DNA from: Azolla caroliniana
Taxonomy: Eukaryota > Plantae > Polypodiophyta
DNA length: 64,000 nt
NCBI GenBank assembly: GCA_043228905.1
Contig: JBHGNT010000011.1
Coordinates: 3,658,001-3,722,000 of the forward strand
Direction: 5' to 3'
Position numbers and translations under genes: made by a program. Shown here piece after piece: positions 26,544 through 40,266 of the stretch (positions are counted from its first letter, which is position 1; the number at the start of each line of letters is the position of its first letter). The notes under the pieces are model-generated. The model did no database searches. It was not told the origin of the DNA and saw only the letters and a program-made list of their open reading frames with translations.

Positions 26544-28026
26544 CCTTGCGACACAGCAGATTAAGGTGTCCCAGTGAATGGCCGAAGAGCACTCCGAACG
26601 ACAAATGATCGAGTGTGCTCTGACACAGATGGCGGAAAGCGGAGACAAAGGCCCACTAGCGCGGGTAGGAAGGAAGAGAAATGCGAGTGTTCGCCGCGTA
26701 GGCATCGAGCTCCCTCCGCTCAATACGGCCTTAGTTGAGATTAAGGTGTCCCAGTGAATGGCCGAAGAGCACTCCGAACGACAAATGATCGAGTGTGCTC
26801 TGACACAGATGGCGGAAAGCGGAGACAAAGGCCCACTAGCGCAGGTAGGAAGGAAGAGAAATGCGAGTGTTCGCCGCGTAGGCATCGAGCTCCCTCCGCT
26901 CAATACGGCCTTAGTTGAGTTTCATAGGGAGTTGGCAAAGGTCACCCTGTGCGCCAAAGATATGGCTATCAAGAACAAAAACGTGTGGAAAACCGTCAAA
27001 GTAACCCAGGAGCAACTGAATAAAGCGCAATAGCGTATTACGGAGCTGGAGAGCAGTGCACCAACGACACAACCAATTTCCGGTCCTATCTCCCACGCAG
27101 CTGAATTACAGATTCTACGAGAGGAGGGCAGAGGCCCAAGTAGCAATAACAGCTAAGGAAAAAAGGGCTACCGAGATGGCCTAGTCTGAGATCCACCGCC
27201 TTAGGTTCGAACTCTGTCAGTCGTCAGACAGATAAGCAAACATTCGGGCAAAACGCCGTAAGGCGGTCAAGGCAATTCAGGACAAGGTCGACGCGGAAGC
27301 CGCCATGCATTGCCAAACAAAGTAGGAGAGGGACAAGCTCCACGAGGAAGGGACCAAAAAGGAAGGCACCATCATGACACTCGGATAGGCAGCGCAGAAA
27401 AAGCGAGAGTGAGATGACGAACAACTTGAGCACGAACGCCAACTCTAGTGGGATGTCAAAATATAGCTCAACAAGGAGATGGGCCAGCTAGAGGAGCTCC
27501 ATGAAAAGGAGTCGAAAATTTGGACACAAATGAAGACACTTTATGAAGAAGCAACGACGGCCAACAAGAGGAAATTTGAAAACCTCAAGAAGGCTTTGGA
27601 GGACTCACAAGCTCGCACACACCTAAACACAAACCGTATCCGCATCCTCCTCCAAACAAAACAAGAACGGTTTACGGCCCAACTCCACACATACATGGAG
27701 AACTAGGAAAATCGACGTAAGCTACAAAGAGACCCCGACCATACTTCCATAGGTGCACAGGAAGAAATCCGAACGGAACCACTGAGTTAGTCACTACGGG
27801 AGGATATGATGGAAGACCAATAGGAGGGAGACGCACTGGATGCAAAGACCCCGACGTTGATGGCCAACCAATAGGAGTGGGACACACCGAAGGAAGAGAC
27901 CATGATGCTGGGATCATCGGCCAACCCTGAAAATGGCGAGCCCACCCCCATGACGACACCACATGTTACGATAAACAACGACGAGCGCCTGGAACCGAAT
28001 ATCCTCGACATTTTTGATGAAAATTA
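26544..28026 (+). pseudogene. Extra (post-pol) Gypsy ORF, C-terminal part: charged/coiled-coil-like, degenerate
   Basis: In frame with 15070-15242 once one TSD copy is removed (...ELMEF|LATQQIKVSQ*MAEEHSERQMIEC...). Later segments ELAKVTL...EQLNKAQ and LEELHEKE...KFENLKKALEDSQ. Confidence 0.6.
26558..26919. repeat. 180-bp tandem duplication
   Basis: Lines 26581-26737 and 26761-26917 are identical except one base (gcgggt vs gcaggt). Confidence 0.95.
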
Positions 28027-28565
28027 GAGAAGGAGGATGGGTCCGACGTGGCATGGCACTGTCCCACAGGCATGCCAGGTGTTGTCCACCCTAGTGAGAA
28101 ACGAGGCGAAGACTAAGGGCGGACTAGTGGATAGGCGTATTATTATAAACGAAGCGTTAAAGTAAAGCATGTAACGGTTGCCGCATGAAGCGTAACCGAC
28201 TATGCCCTGCAATGATATATAAAGGGCATAGGAACATTGTAAGAACTAGCATGGTTTTGAGCATAACCAGTTTCAATAGTCATACTGTCTTTTCTAATCT
28301 CCATATATCTTTGGATCCTGTGTCGATTCATAAGCGTATCCGTTCTTAGGGTAGGTAATGTATCTGTGTACAGTGACGCACGATAGGAATGAGCTTGCTT
28401 GTAGTCGTCTCCAATTAACGTTGTACCTTCACGGTCACTTAGTGATGCTCTACCCTTGTATTACGTTGAGGCTAGACCTACTACGCTAATCCATTTTCTG
28501 TACCACAACCTCCTTGAGCCATACCCCAAAGCACTGAGAGTAGGCTGTGTTCCTAATCAGTAACA

Positions 28566-31500
28566 AGGACTAAACAGTCGCAATTCGCTGGGAAACGCAA
28601 GACACCCAAAGAATGCATGGATCGCGATTGTAAGCGACAACATCCTTTTTGTGTATTCTGCAAAAAGAAGGGTCATACAAAAGAGCAATGTCGAAAGCTC
28701 CAAAAGAAAGAGCACGACAACAAAACAAAAGTTGCAGACCATAAAGGTAAGTTTCCTAATGTCCTTCATGTCTATAGACATCATTTAAGTAATTGTAAAT
28801 GTTCTTTCCCTCACTATGTATTGGGACCCAATTATTTACTACGTGCAAACGGGTATATCAATGGGCATCCCGAATCAAATAAAAATTGTACCCGTTTGCT
28901 CACACAATTTTTATTTGATTCGGGATGCTCACACAACTTTGTGAATAATCATTTGGTTCAAATATGGGGAATTCAACCCATTGTAAGTTATCACACCTAC
29001 AAGGTGCACTTGGCTAATGGAAGAGTACAATACATCAAAAGGGCGATTCATTCATTAGGAATTTCTATTGATACTTATATAGAGGAAGTAGACTTCCATG
29101 TAATGAATTTTTGTACCACTTATGTAATACTGCGTTATTCCTAGTTTTATAATAAAAACTCTTCTTTGTCTATTGATTGGGTTCACCATTCCATTTCCTT
29201 TGTACTGAACAATTGTACTCATTTTATTCAATGTGTAAATAAACAATCTCTTTCGATAGTTTCCTCTCCATCAATATCTGAGTTTTCTTGTTCTTTTTTA
29301 TTTTATTATGTACTTGACCGAACATTCACGTTTATAATATCGATAATGTCTCGGGACAATTATCATATTTTAAACAATAACAACTCGATGAAATCTTAAA
29401 TGATTTTCATCATGTTTTTCCGACTGAACTACCACATGGGTTACCTCCTAAACGTAATATAGACCATCCTATAGATATTGTACCTAGTGTTGCACCAATA
29501 AGTATACCTCCTTATCATTTAAGTCGATCTGAAGAGGATGAGGTATCTCAGCAACTCAAGGACTATTTATGAATGGATTATATACGGTATAGTAAATCTC
29601 CATGGGGTGCACCTATTCTCTTGGTAAAAAAGAAAGAAGGCACATGGCATATGTGTATTAATTACTGACGCTTGAATAAAGTGATAATCAAGAATTCATA
29701 TCCATTGCCCTAGGTTGATGATCTATTTGATCGTCTTTAGGGAGCTCGGTATTTTGCAAAACTGGATCTTCGTACGGGCTACCATCAAATTCGTATAAGT
29801 GAGGAAGATGTTTCTAAAATGGCATTTCGTACACGGTATGGGCATTATGAGTTTTTGGTCATGCCTTTTGGTTTGACCAATGCTCCTTCCACATTTCAAT
29901 GAGAAATGAATGCATTTTTCTGAGAACAACTTGGGAAAATTGTCGTTACTTTCTTGGATGATATTCTAGTTTATAGTCGTACATTAGAAGATCTCAAAAT
30001 GCGAGTTCTTCAAGAAATCAACTACTTATCTTGGACATCTCATAACCGAACGAGGAGTTGAAATTGATCCTTCTCGCATCGAGAAAGTTAAACTTTGGCC
30101 CACTCTTTGGAATATTCGAGAAGTTCGATCATTCCTTGGTTTTGTCGATTTTTTGTGAAAATCTCTTCGTAATTACTCCCAATTGACAACACCGTTTACT
30201 AATCTTCTTAAAGGTCAAACACATAGGTCTACAAAACCTATTGTGTGGAATGTTATACTAGACCTCGCCTTTAAGGAAGTCAAGGACTTGGTGTGCAAAA
30301 CTCCTTCATGTCTTTTACTAGATCCTTCTGAAGCTTTTCAGGTTGAAACCGATGCAAGCGATTATGCTATAGGTGTTGAAACCAATAACATTCAAGAGTA
30401 AGAAACTTGATTCTACTCAGTGTCTATATATTGTTCAAGAAAATGAATTATTTGGAGTTATTCATGCGCTCAAGACATGGTGCCATTATCTTTATGGAAA
30501 TTGTTTTGTGGTAACTACAGGCCATGATTCCTTGAAATATTTTTGTGACCAACTAGACCGTAAAGGTCGTAAGGCACAATGGGCAAATCTCATCCAGGAC
30601 TTTGATTTTTCCTTATGATATCGTAAAGGTTCCATGAACATGCTTAGCTTCATTGAAATAACATCAAATCTTTAAGATCACCTTCGAGGAAAGTATCCTA
30701 ATGACAGTTATTTTTCAAAATATTGGGCAAGAGTTGAGTCTGGAACAGATACCACCACATCCTCTAAGGAATACTTCCACATTGCTAACGATCTATTCTA
30801 TTGTAATGGGAAGGTTTGTTTTCTAGATTTGTGTAAGGTCAAAAAGAGAATTCTTTTTTAATGCCATGATGCACCCTGAACAGGGCACTCTAGAATACAT
30901 AGTACACTCTCATTCTCATCTCCACTCAATCCTATTGGCATAAGGCGTCCTGACATACATAGCTACGTGACTAAATGTCACCAATATCAGGTTAATAAAA
31001 CCGAGCGACTTAAAGCCGCAAGACTTTTACATCCCTTGGACCTTCCCAATAATAAGTGGGAAAGTATATCCATGGATTTTATTGTTAGCCTTCCTCGCAC
31101 CCAAAAAGGCCATGATGCCATCTGGGCTGTGGTTGATCGACTAACTAAAATGGCCAGATTTATTGCTACTAAAACCACGGTAACAACTCCTGAATTGGCT
31201 TATCAATTCGTTGATGAGTTATTTCGTTTTTAAGGGTTACTGATGGATATCATGAGTGATCGAGATCCAAATTTTACTAGAGACTTCTGGACGCAAGTCT
31301 TTAAGAAGTTAGAAACTACATTGAGCATGAGTTGCACGGATAATCCTCAATCCGATGGAAAGACAGAACGAGTAAATCAAATTATTGAGGACATGCTTCG
31401 TGCATATGTTGGTACAAAACCAACAAAATGGTACATCATGATGAGTTGCAAAGTACGCAAAACTTTCTTCGGGATATGCACGATATGTTGCATATTGTAG

Positions 31501-32403
31501 GACATAATATAAAAACAGCTCAAGATAGAGCACGTTTTTATGCTGATCATAATAGGCAACCTCGTGTATTCAACCATGGACAGAAGGTATTTTTATGTGT
31601 ACCTCACAATTCTAAGACATTGTCTATGAGTAAGTGCGTGAAGTTAGCCCCACGATTTTGTGGACCTTTTCTAGTCCTCATATGCATTGGTTCATCAACC
31701 TATCGTCTCACTCTTCATGATTGCATTGAAATCCATCTAGTTTTCCATGTAAGTCGTCTAAAAGAACTTCTAGGTTCTGGCAACAATACAGTAAGAATTA
31801 TCCTCTAAACCACATGTACCAGAAAGAATTCTTGATGTTAAAACAAAAAATTTGTGTTCTAAAATAATCCGTGAATTTAAAATTAAAAGTTGCCACATGG
31901 GACCGTGAAAATACTCTTAGAACTAACTTCCCTAACTTTCCATTGAAAGAGTCCAATGGTTTAAAGAGGGGGAGTATGTTACGGGCATGACCATATGGTA
32001 TCTTGTGGTGAGAATTTACCATAGTAATATATACACGTGGATAAAGTGTGAGGGTTAAACGAGAGTGTAAAGAAGGCAAGGATTACTTTTAATCCTCAGG
32101 ATTGAGACAACCTATTAGGCCAAGTGTGAACTTGCCTGGAGGCCTTGGGTTTCGCTATAAATATGAGGCCTATCTACCCTCATTTCATCATCTTTTGACT
32201 ACGTCGAGACTCTGACATTGTGGTGGGTCAACTCTTGTAGAGAGTGCGCTAGCACCGGTGATGGTATGGGATACCGATCGAGGCTTGAGTCCGTCTGGAT
32301 CCCTTTGCTTGGGGGTGGTCGGGTGGATTCACACCCTTCTTTCTCTCTCTCCTTTCTTATTAATCTATCTTTGTTATCCTTATCATATGTTTACTTTAGA
32401 ACA
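28566..32403 (+). mobile_element. Ty3/Gypsy chromovirus-type element, degenerate, lacking its 5' end: zinc knuckle, PR, RT, RNaseH, INT, chromodomain remnant, PPT 31963-31974, 3' LTR 31977-32403
   Basis: [106 protein letters not shown]...ATWDRE, in Gypsy RT-INT order. Confidence 0.92.
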
Positions 32404-33330
32404 TAACTTTAACAATAAGCTACGTGATGTGTCTCAGGTCTTTATCCAAGAGGGAATGGAAGTAGAGAAAGTAACTTGGGACCCCTCAAAATTTGTATGG
32501 GACATAGGAAAAACAGGAAAAAAGAATGAACGGTCTCAATGTATAGGAAAAATTGGCCGAAATATCATTCACTAACAGGGAATTCTTTAAAATGCACTTG
32601 GTAGTAAATGGAAGGAGTTGGGCTTCGATGACACTTGTACGTAGGCTTATTGGAGAAAGTTGTGGGTCTCTGACTTACCTGAAAAATGCAAATCCTTTCT
32701 TTGTCTTATGAGTCGTAAAGCTCTCTAGGCTGGTAAAAGGCTACAACGGAGAGGCAAAGATGGTGACTATAAGAGCTACAACTATGATTCAAAAGTGATT
32801 GAACATTGCTTGTGGTCCTACATGTATTTAAATATCATTTGGGAAAGAATTATACTCATTTTGGCGGCATGTGGCATGGAAGGTTCGATTTCATTTGGTC
32901 ATGCTATATGGTGGCCTCTGAAAAAGAATGCATGGATGTGTGGAGCATAGGATTCCTCCTTAGCCCTCATACTGTACAGAACCCACTGGACACAATGACT
33001 GGATGTACGCAAATTTGGGGATCACGAAATTTGCAGAAAGAATGGGCAACTATGGCATCAATGGGTATGTGGAACATTTGAAACTGCATATGTCTCAAAT
33101 GGTACTTAGGGGAAACACACACAATTGTAGTTGCGTTTAGAAGCTTGTTGGGTGTGTCTTGAAGCTTCTTGAAAAATAACAAGTTTTGTCAGGCAACAAT
33201 TTGTTGTTATATGTGGACAACGATTGCCCCACCTTTTTTTTATCTAAGGACAATAATAGGCAAATATATATGAAAGAGACCTCTAAATTGTAGAGTATCT
33301 ATAGATACTTATAGTGTACATAACTTGAAT
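32404..33330 (+). pseudogene. LINE ORF2 C-terminal region (zf-RVT-like) and 3' end, degenerate
   Basis: VTWDPSKFVW then YWRKLWVSDLPEKCKSFLCLMSRKAL*AGKRLQRRG, matching the W..LW...P.K.K.F pattern before the LINE zinc-binding domain; (TA)n at 33355-33375. Confidence 0.65.
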
Positions 33331-33379
33331 ATGCAATTCACCTAACTAATTAGGAATATATATATATATATATATTCCC

Positions 33380-33975
33380 ATTAGTTACTAGATTTGGATG
33401 TGAAACCATTACTAGATAGACATTACTACCTCTAAATATATCACAAATCTGTTCAAATGACTTACATTACTAGATTTGGATGTGAAACCATTTTTGTGAT
33501 GGTCGGTCATTTGGTGAAGGTGGCTCACTTTTATAAGATTTGATCTATTGCATATCAATTGGAATGAGCTAGCCTGAATCAAGTATCTCCAATTTTCATG
33601 TATTTCTATTGAACAAATATGTTGTTAAGTTGGATATTCCCTTACATGAAGGATTTGAATTGAAAGAAGATCTCACATTTACAAATATCATCACTTTCCA
33701 ACTATGAGAATGAAGTTGTTGATGGTAGGGTACCTATAAGATGCATCATGTTTTATTAGATATGTTGCTAAGTTATACTTGATGTGTTTTATAAGACACA
33801 ACATGTTTTACTAGATATGTGGAACAAATATGTTGTCAAGTTGGATACTCTTTTGCATGAAATATTTGAATTGAACGAAAAATCACACACTTAGAAATAT
33901 CTTCACTTCCCAACTGTGAGGATTAAGTCCTTGATGGTAGGGTGCTTATAAGATGCATCATGATTTACTGGATGT
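33380..33975. repeat. Imperfect local direct duplications in AT-rich DNA
   Basis: ttactagatttggatgtgaaaccatt at ~33386 and ~33468; gaacaaatatgttg...ataagatgcatcatg at ~33611-33750 and ~33822-33962. Confidence 0.7.
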
Positions 33976-35399
33976 TATCCTAAATTGTATTCACTTTCAA
34001 CAATTAACTAATTTGTAGTGCTTCAAGTTGAATTTATAGAATATGTTTCAAGCTTTTTAAGGAATGAGAAAATTTGGGTTGAGCATGTAGTCATGTGATG
34101 AGCAGAATTTTAGAAATCAGGTGTCATTGATGTATTGAAAAATTGAGCAAGGTCTTCTTCTTGATATGAGACAACTTCCAACAACCTTAGGGTTTAGTGT
34201 TTGAGAAAGGTCACATTTTTAGTACTCATTAAAAGTTTTCTAATCGGTGTCCATGGATGGTGGCTAAGCGATTGAAATTGAGATTGCAAGAGCTTTGGAT
34301 GTTAGGAGATTGATATTGATTAGAGTTATTTGTAACTAGGCTTCCATGTATATTATGTATTTATAAGATTAAATTATCCTTCTTCTGGTCATTTCTATGA
34401 TTTAGCTACAATTGTGTTGATTGATGATTTGTGTGTGATAGTGAGAGTGTGCTTTACCATTTACTATTTTTACTCTTCTAAAGTTTGTAAAATGGAGAAT
34501 GGAACTTTAGAAGAGTAATATGTATCAATTTCTCTAAACATAGTTTGTATTTGTATTTGTAATCTACAAAAAGATACACACAAATTTGGCCCATTTCATA
34601 AGACGTTTTGTGGAAAAGTTATAGCTTAAGCGTATAACTTATAACTAATAAGATGTTTGTGTAGATATATTAGCTAAGCTTTTAGAAAGTTTAGGGTGAA
34701 AAGAAATTAGTGAATTTCTAGTGAGATTGGCTGTGGCATCTTTATATTGAAGCATACATGCAATGACATTTACACATTTTTCATTGCTTCCATTATTTAA
34801 CTATTTGTGCTTATTTTGGAAATAGTGATATTATGTATTTTAAGAATGAAAGTGGTAACAATAATATTATTGATTATAAAAATACCCATGTCTCCAGTTA
34901 TTTATGAGAGATCTATTTGAATTCAAATGGAAGCTCATAATTGAGATGTATTAATACATTGAACGATAAGAATGACCCACATATATTGATTGAATGGTAA
35001 TAATGAGTTTGAAATGAATGATCTATGTCCTGTTCCTTCTAAAAGATCATGCATTAAACACGACAATATAGATCCAAATTCATAAATCCCTTTCTTACGT
35101 GTGTGTGTATCTAGAAAGATACTTATCTTATGACGTTTGTTTATTAATTGAATGAATGTGAAGGCCTCTCCGATAAAAATCACTTTCCAAAAAGTTGAAC
35201 TGACAATGGACACACTATCTCACGTTATAACTAATAACTCGTACATGCAAGTTGTTTATCTATATTGATACATGACAAGGTTGACGGCAATATGAAAGTG
35301 AACCTTTTTTCATAGGATAACATTACACCATATTTCATGATGAAGAATGGGAGAGGACTCATGGAACCTAAAAAAGGACTACTCAAGATTTGGGTAATT

Positions 35400-36750
35400 A
35401 GAAAGATGAGGAAGACGAAGTTGATTTGACAACATATTCATCTCCATGTATACTATATTATAATCTCCTATGTCCTCACTCTATTTATCGTCTTCTTCCC
35501 AACACGTCACCTCTTTTTCCCATCTTGTTTACAACATAACAAGTATCTTCATGTCACATAGGGGGGGCATTTTCAATACATTTTAGTCTCAATGGCTACA
35601 TTGCCATTCTTAGAGATGGTAATGTACTTCATCTTTTTTCTCTAAATGAATTCCCATTTGCTTCACTAATCTTAAATATTTAGAAAGACTACTTTGTGTC
35701 ATTGTCGCAGAGTGCACTGCAAGAATAATGTTGATGTAAATCATAAATATTATGAACTAGTACTAGGAACCATGGATGTACACTTTAAATCGATATTTCT
35801 TGTGAATCGTCCACCTTCAATTTGCTCTAGATAGGTCAATAAAATAATGGAGTTTTTTTTTTCCCAAAAAATAATAATGGAATTTTAATTATTTCAATGA
35901 GCTTCATATAGTAATCAAATGCATTTTGGTCTAGATAAATGACGGGCAAGCATAATAGTTTTCAATTGTTAAGTTTCAAAACATAATTCCTTGGTTGAGA
36001 GACTATAACTAGAGTATACTTAAATCACATGCCGATGGAACTTCCTAAATAGTGTTGAATAACTTTATGTAGATTCCCTTCCACATCATTTTAAAGTTTT
36101 GTTAAGTATAACCTTATTGGTATGTATATTTAACATTAATTAACTTCGGTCCTACCTAGAGATGTTGCCCCAACATATATTTGACACAAGCTTGAATATT
36201 AATAAAGAAGTCACATTGAAACTTGGTTTGCCACATGTAGAGAACATGAAAATGACACAAGGATAAGTGTTAAAGTGTCAATGACCTTGATAATCCATAT
36301 GTATCCTTTTGTAAGCTTGACCTAGTCTAGATAGATTCCTACTTTGATTTGTCCACACATTATTTGTATTGTCCATTGATTCATGTGGATAAAACTTGAC
36401 CCCTTGACTTAGTCTTTCAATCTTTCCACATGGCATATTATTGTAAAACTAAGAAGTGGCTAAATATGATCCACTACCCAATGATTTATTTACTATATAC
36501 ACATTCCAAGAGAAACAACTATAGAGACGATGTTCATTTATTGGAACATTGTGGATAGGACATGAAAAAGTAAGAATTAGGATTCAATTTTAAAGGACAT
36601 GTCACCTTTGTAATCCCCACTATTGTAATCCAATAAAATCATGAGTATGCCATGCAATTTTTAGTATAAAGCTTACAAGAATATAAATAGATATTCCTGA
36701 GTTGGTCATGTGTGGCTAACTTCTTGAGTATACCAAAATTGTACTAAAGT
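35400..36750 (-). mobile_element. Very old, AT-eroded retroelement (possibly Gypsy gag-protease) remnant
   Basis: Only faint motifs on the minus strand (tgttctctacatgtggcaaacc, knuckle-like, ~36225; protease-like tail ~36040-36120). No ORF; boundaries are guesses. Confidence 0.25.
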
Positions 36751-38348
36751 AGATTTCACTATAACAATTCCACAACAATGATTAATTACATTACTATTGA
36801 TCAAAGAAAAATAACCGAGGAACGGAAAACAACTAGCAACAATAGAATTGGACAGGCATTTTCATTGGGAAGTTGGGTTTGATTCTCAACACGTCCCTTC
36901 GAGCACAACTTTCGGTCGCCCCTGAATGCACTCTCGGATGAAGTGATAGTGCACTTCGATATGATTCATGTTTAGAGACAAGCTAATATGGGCCGAATCA
37001 GCTGAGAGCTGAGAGCCGAATCAAATGGACTCTAATTTGGGTAAGCCAAGTCGAAAGGATTCCGATAGGCCGTTGGAGGCCTATATTCCTATTTTTGTAA
37101 ATCTGAATATTAGAGGCAAAATTAGCGCCAGGCTCATTTATGAGCATTCAAGTACTGATGGTACTTGTGTCAACCTACTCGTCAGGGCTTGTATAAAAAA
37201 TGCTCACCGAGCATGGTGTATGTATAGAGTCTACAAAGTGTTCATTATTTTGAGATTGAAGTGTTGTTGTCTGCTCTCTCCGTCTCTCTCTCAGCGTGTA
37301 TCCATTCTCTGTGTTTACCTAACTATCGAGTTCCGAACAACCGATTGTGTACTCAATGTCTATCGCACATGCTTCGCACATGAATACTTTCACATTGTAT
37401 TCGAGCGCGAGGGTTGAGACTCCTCTAGAGCTGATAGAAAAGCAAGTGACCAAGACAGAGACAAGGTTGTTGTCCGCCGGAATAGTAACCGACGGACAAG
37501 AGCGTAGGAATAAGAAATAATATAAGATCATAACGCATGTAATGGTTCACGTAGGAAGCGTGAACGGCTAAATAGACCCTGCGTATATAAAGGGCAGAAA
37601 ACCTCTGATAGAGGGGCGTGTAATTTTGGAATGTAAAGGAACGTATCATAATAGAATTATATCTTCTCTGAAAGTCTGTGTATAGGTACAGTTAATCTAC
37701 TGTAGGTCTAGAATACCTGTGCGTGTAAGAACGTAAGTGTAACCATTGCTAAGGAGTCGGTTGTAGCCGTCTCCCTTATACGCTGATAGGTTACAGGGAA
37801 CATTCCCCTACGCATTACGCATAGACGCCTATTTGTTGTTCCACAACCACTTGAAGGTCTAGGTCGAAGGACTTGTTGTAGACGAGGTCGTCAATGAGGA
37901 AGATCAAGAAGCATTCGATTCTTCTGAGTACCTGCGTATGACAGATTGTAGGTCGTGCACAGAGAGAGAGAGAGAGAGAGAGACACAAAAGACTTTCTTA
38001 TTTCACAAAGAGACAATACAACAACCAACCTTACAAAAAGGTTGCAAGGTCACTATATATAGTGACCGACTTAGGGCAACTACCCTTTATGATAATTACA
38101 TAAATGGCCGAAACGGGATAGTGTGAATACGTCCATTATACACATGTATTCGACACTCCCCCGTAATGGGCGTATACATGGGTTATCTAAGATTACAGGT
38201 ATAGACTTAGGTTCTCGGACATATCAGCTTTGTTCGAGTCGGCAGGGTCCGAAGGCAGAAGACCGAACTGGTCGGGTCGGGACAGTTGAAGCCGATCATT
38301 AAGGAACTGATGTCGGTTGTCGGGAACCATCCTGCTCTGTGTCCGGGT

Positions 38349-40266
38349 CTAACCGGACTGGTTTGTCGTTACGCCCATCTGATGCCGAAGAGACTGAAAA
38401 CGGTCTGCCGAAAGACACTTGGTCATTCCATCTGCGACATTGTCGGTTGTGGATATTTTCTCTAGACCGATTTTCCCTGAAATGACGCAGTCCCGAACGA
38501 AGTGATATCGAACGTCGATATGTTTGGAGGCGTTGTGGTGAACCGGATTTTTCGACAAGGCAACAGCACCTTGACTGTCGCTGTAGACAACTGGAGCCGA
38601 GTCATGGTCGACTTGTCGAAACGTGTGCGCCAGCCGACCGAGCCACAAAGCTTCTTTTGCTGCGTCGGACGCAACTACATATTCTGCTTCGGTCGTTGAG
38701 GTCGTTGTGCACTCCTGAAGTTTCGACTTCCACGAGATTGCTCCATTGCCGAATTTGAAGCAGTATCCGGTTGTTGATTTCCGACTGTCTATACAGCCAG
38801 CGAAGTCCGAGTCGGTGTAACCGACTACGCCTGAGGTTCGGTTCGGACCGAAAAGAATGCCGTGGTCTTTTGTGCCAGCCAGATATCTGAACACATGCTT
38901 GACTGCGTTCCAATGCGATCGGCCAGGATTGTGCATAAATCTGCTAACGACTCCTACGGCGTGAGAAATATCAGGCCGTGTCGCGACCATCAGGTACATA
39001 AGGGAGCCGACTGCCGGTGCATACGGTACCGACTTCATATCTTCCCCCTCCGGACCGGATGTCGGGCAGTCTCGCTGAGAGAGCCGAAGATTCATAGGGA
39101 GCGGGGTTGAAGCAGATTTGGCTGATTGCATGTTGAAGCGTTCTAAGACACGTCGGATATAGTCGGTCTGAGACAGAAAAAGATGTCGTTTATCGCGATG
39201 CCGACTAATCTTCATGCCGAGTATGTGTCGTGCCGGACCGAGGTCCTTCATGGCAAACTTCAACCGCAGTTGCCGAATGAGATCGGCAAGTTCGCCCGCG
39301 TGGCGTCCAGAAATTAGCATGTCGTCCACGTAAATGATGAGGAAGATGGGTGATCCATCTTGAGCTCTGTTGGTGAAGAGACAATGGTCCTCATCGCTTT
39401 TGGAGAAGCCGATCGATTGGATGAAGTCGTCGAACTTCTTGTACCATTGTCGTGGTGCCTGTTTGAGGCCGTATAGACTCTTCCTGAGTCGGCAGACTAG
39501 ATGTTCTTGGCCAGTCGCCACGAAGCCTTTTGGCTGCTCCATATAAATTTCCTCGTCAAGATCACCATGGAGGAATGCTGTTTTGACATCTAGCTGAATC
39601 AGCTCCAAGTTGTCGGCTGCCACGACGCCGAGCAGAAAACGAAGGGTTGTCATTTTCACCACTGGTGAAAAAATCTCGTCGAAGTCGACGCCATATTCTT
39701 GTCGGAAGCCCTTCGCAACTAATCTGGCCTTGTACTTTGGGGTGGTCGAATCAGACGTCTCTTTTAGTCGATAGACCCACTTGCAAGGAAGAGCACGTCG
39801 GTTCCTAGGTAATTCGACCAGATCCCAGGTCTTGTTTGCCCGAATGGAGTGCATTTCCGACTCCATCGCCAGATGCCAGGTGGCGGAATCGACAGATGTC
39901 GATGCTTCTTCGTAAGACGTCGGTTCGCCGGCGTCGGTGAAGAAAATTCCAGGAGAATACCTCTCCGGAGGTTGCGACAGTCTCTCGGATCGTCGAGGTA
40001 TGATTGGACTGGTCGCATCGGGTATCGAGGTCGGATGGTCCGAAAGCGGATTGCTCTGCTGTGCCGAGTCGGAGTTGTCCGAGTTGGTAGTGTAAGGTTC
40101 AGCTACCCGTGAAGCTGACCGTGTGTTGAGAGAGGGGCCTTCTTGAAGGGTCGGCACATCGGAAAACGTTACCCTTCGGACTTCGATCGGTTTTTCGACT
40201 GATGGATTCATAGCCGACTCGTTGAACACAACGTCCGAACTTCGAACGATTTGCCTGCGTTCGGGG
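38349..40266 (-). pseudogene. A2 Gag-Pol, 3' half (INT tail, RT, RNaseH), separated from its 5' half by A3
   Basis: PERRQIVRSSDVVFNE...YVDDML...MGVTTNQSG, an open frame. Confidence 0.95.

Larger units (their letters stand above)
13512..28565 (+). mobile_element. 3' half of a non-chromoviral (Tat/Athila-like) Gypsy element: integrase tail, extra ORF, PPT (~28026-28037) and 3' LTR (~28038/28080-28565); interrupted by D1
   Basis: Integrase C-terminal motif GKLRF.....NGTFELGTLTGE...KVNGFQLKSYLGP (13570-13710); purine tract agagaaggagga. The LTR ends ...gtgttcctaatcagtaaca and resembles the solo LTR at 37468-48817. Confidence 0.7.
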
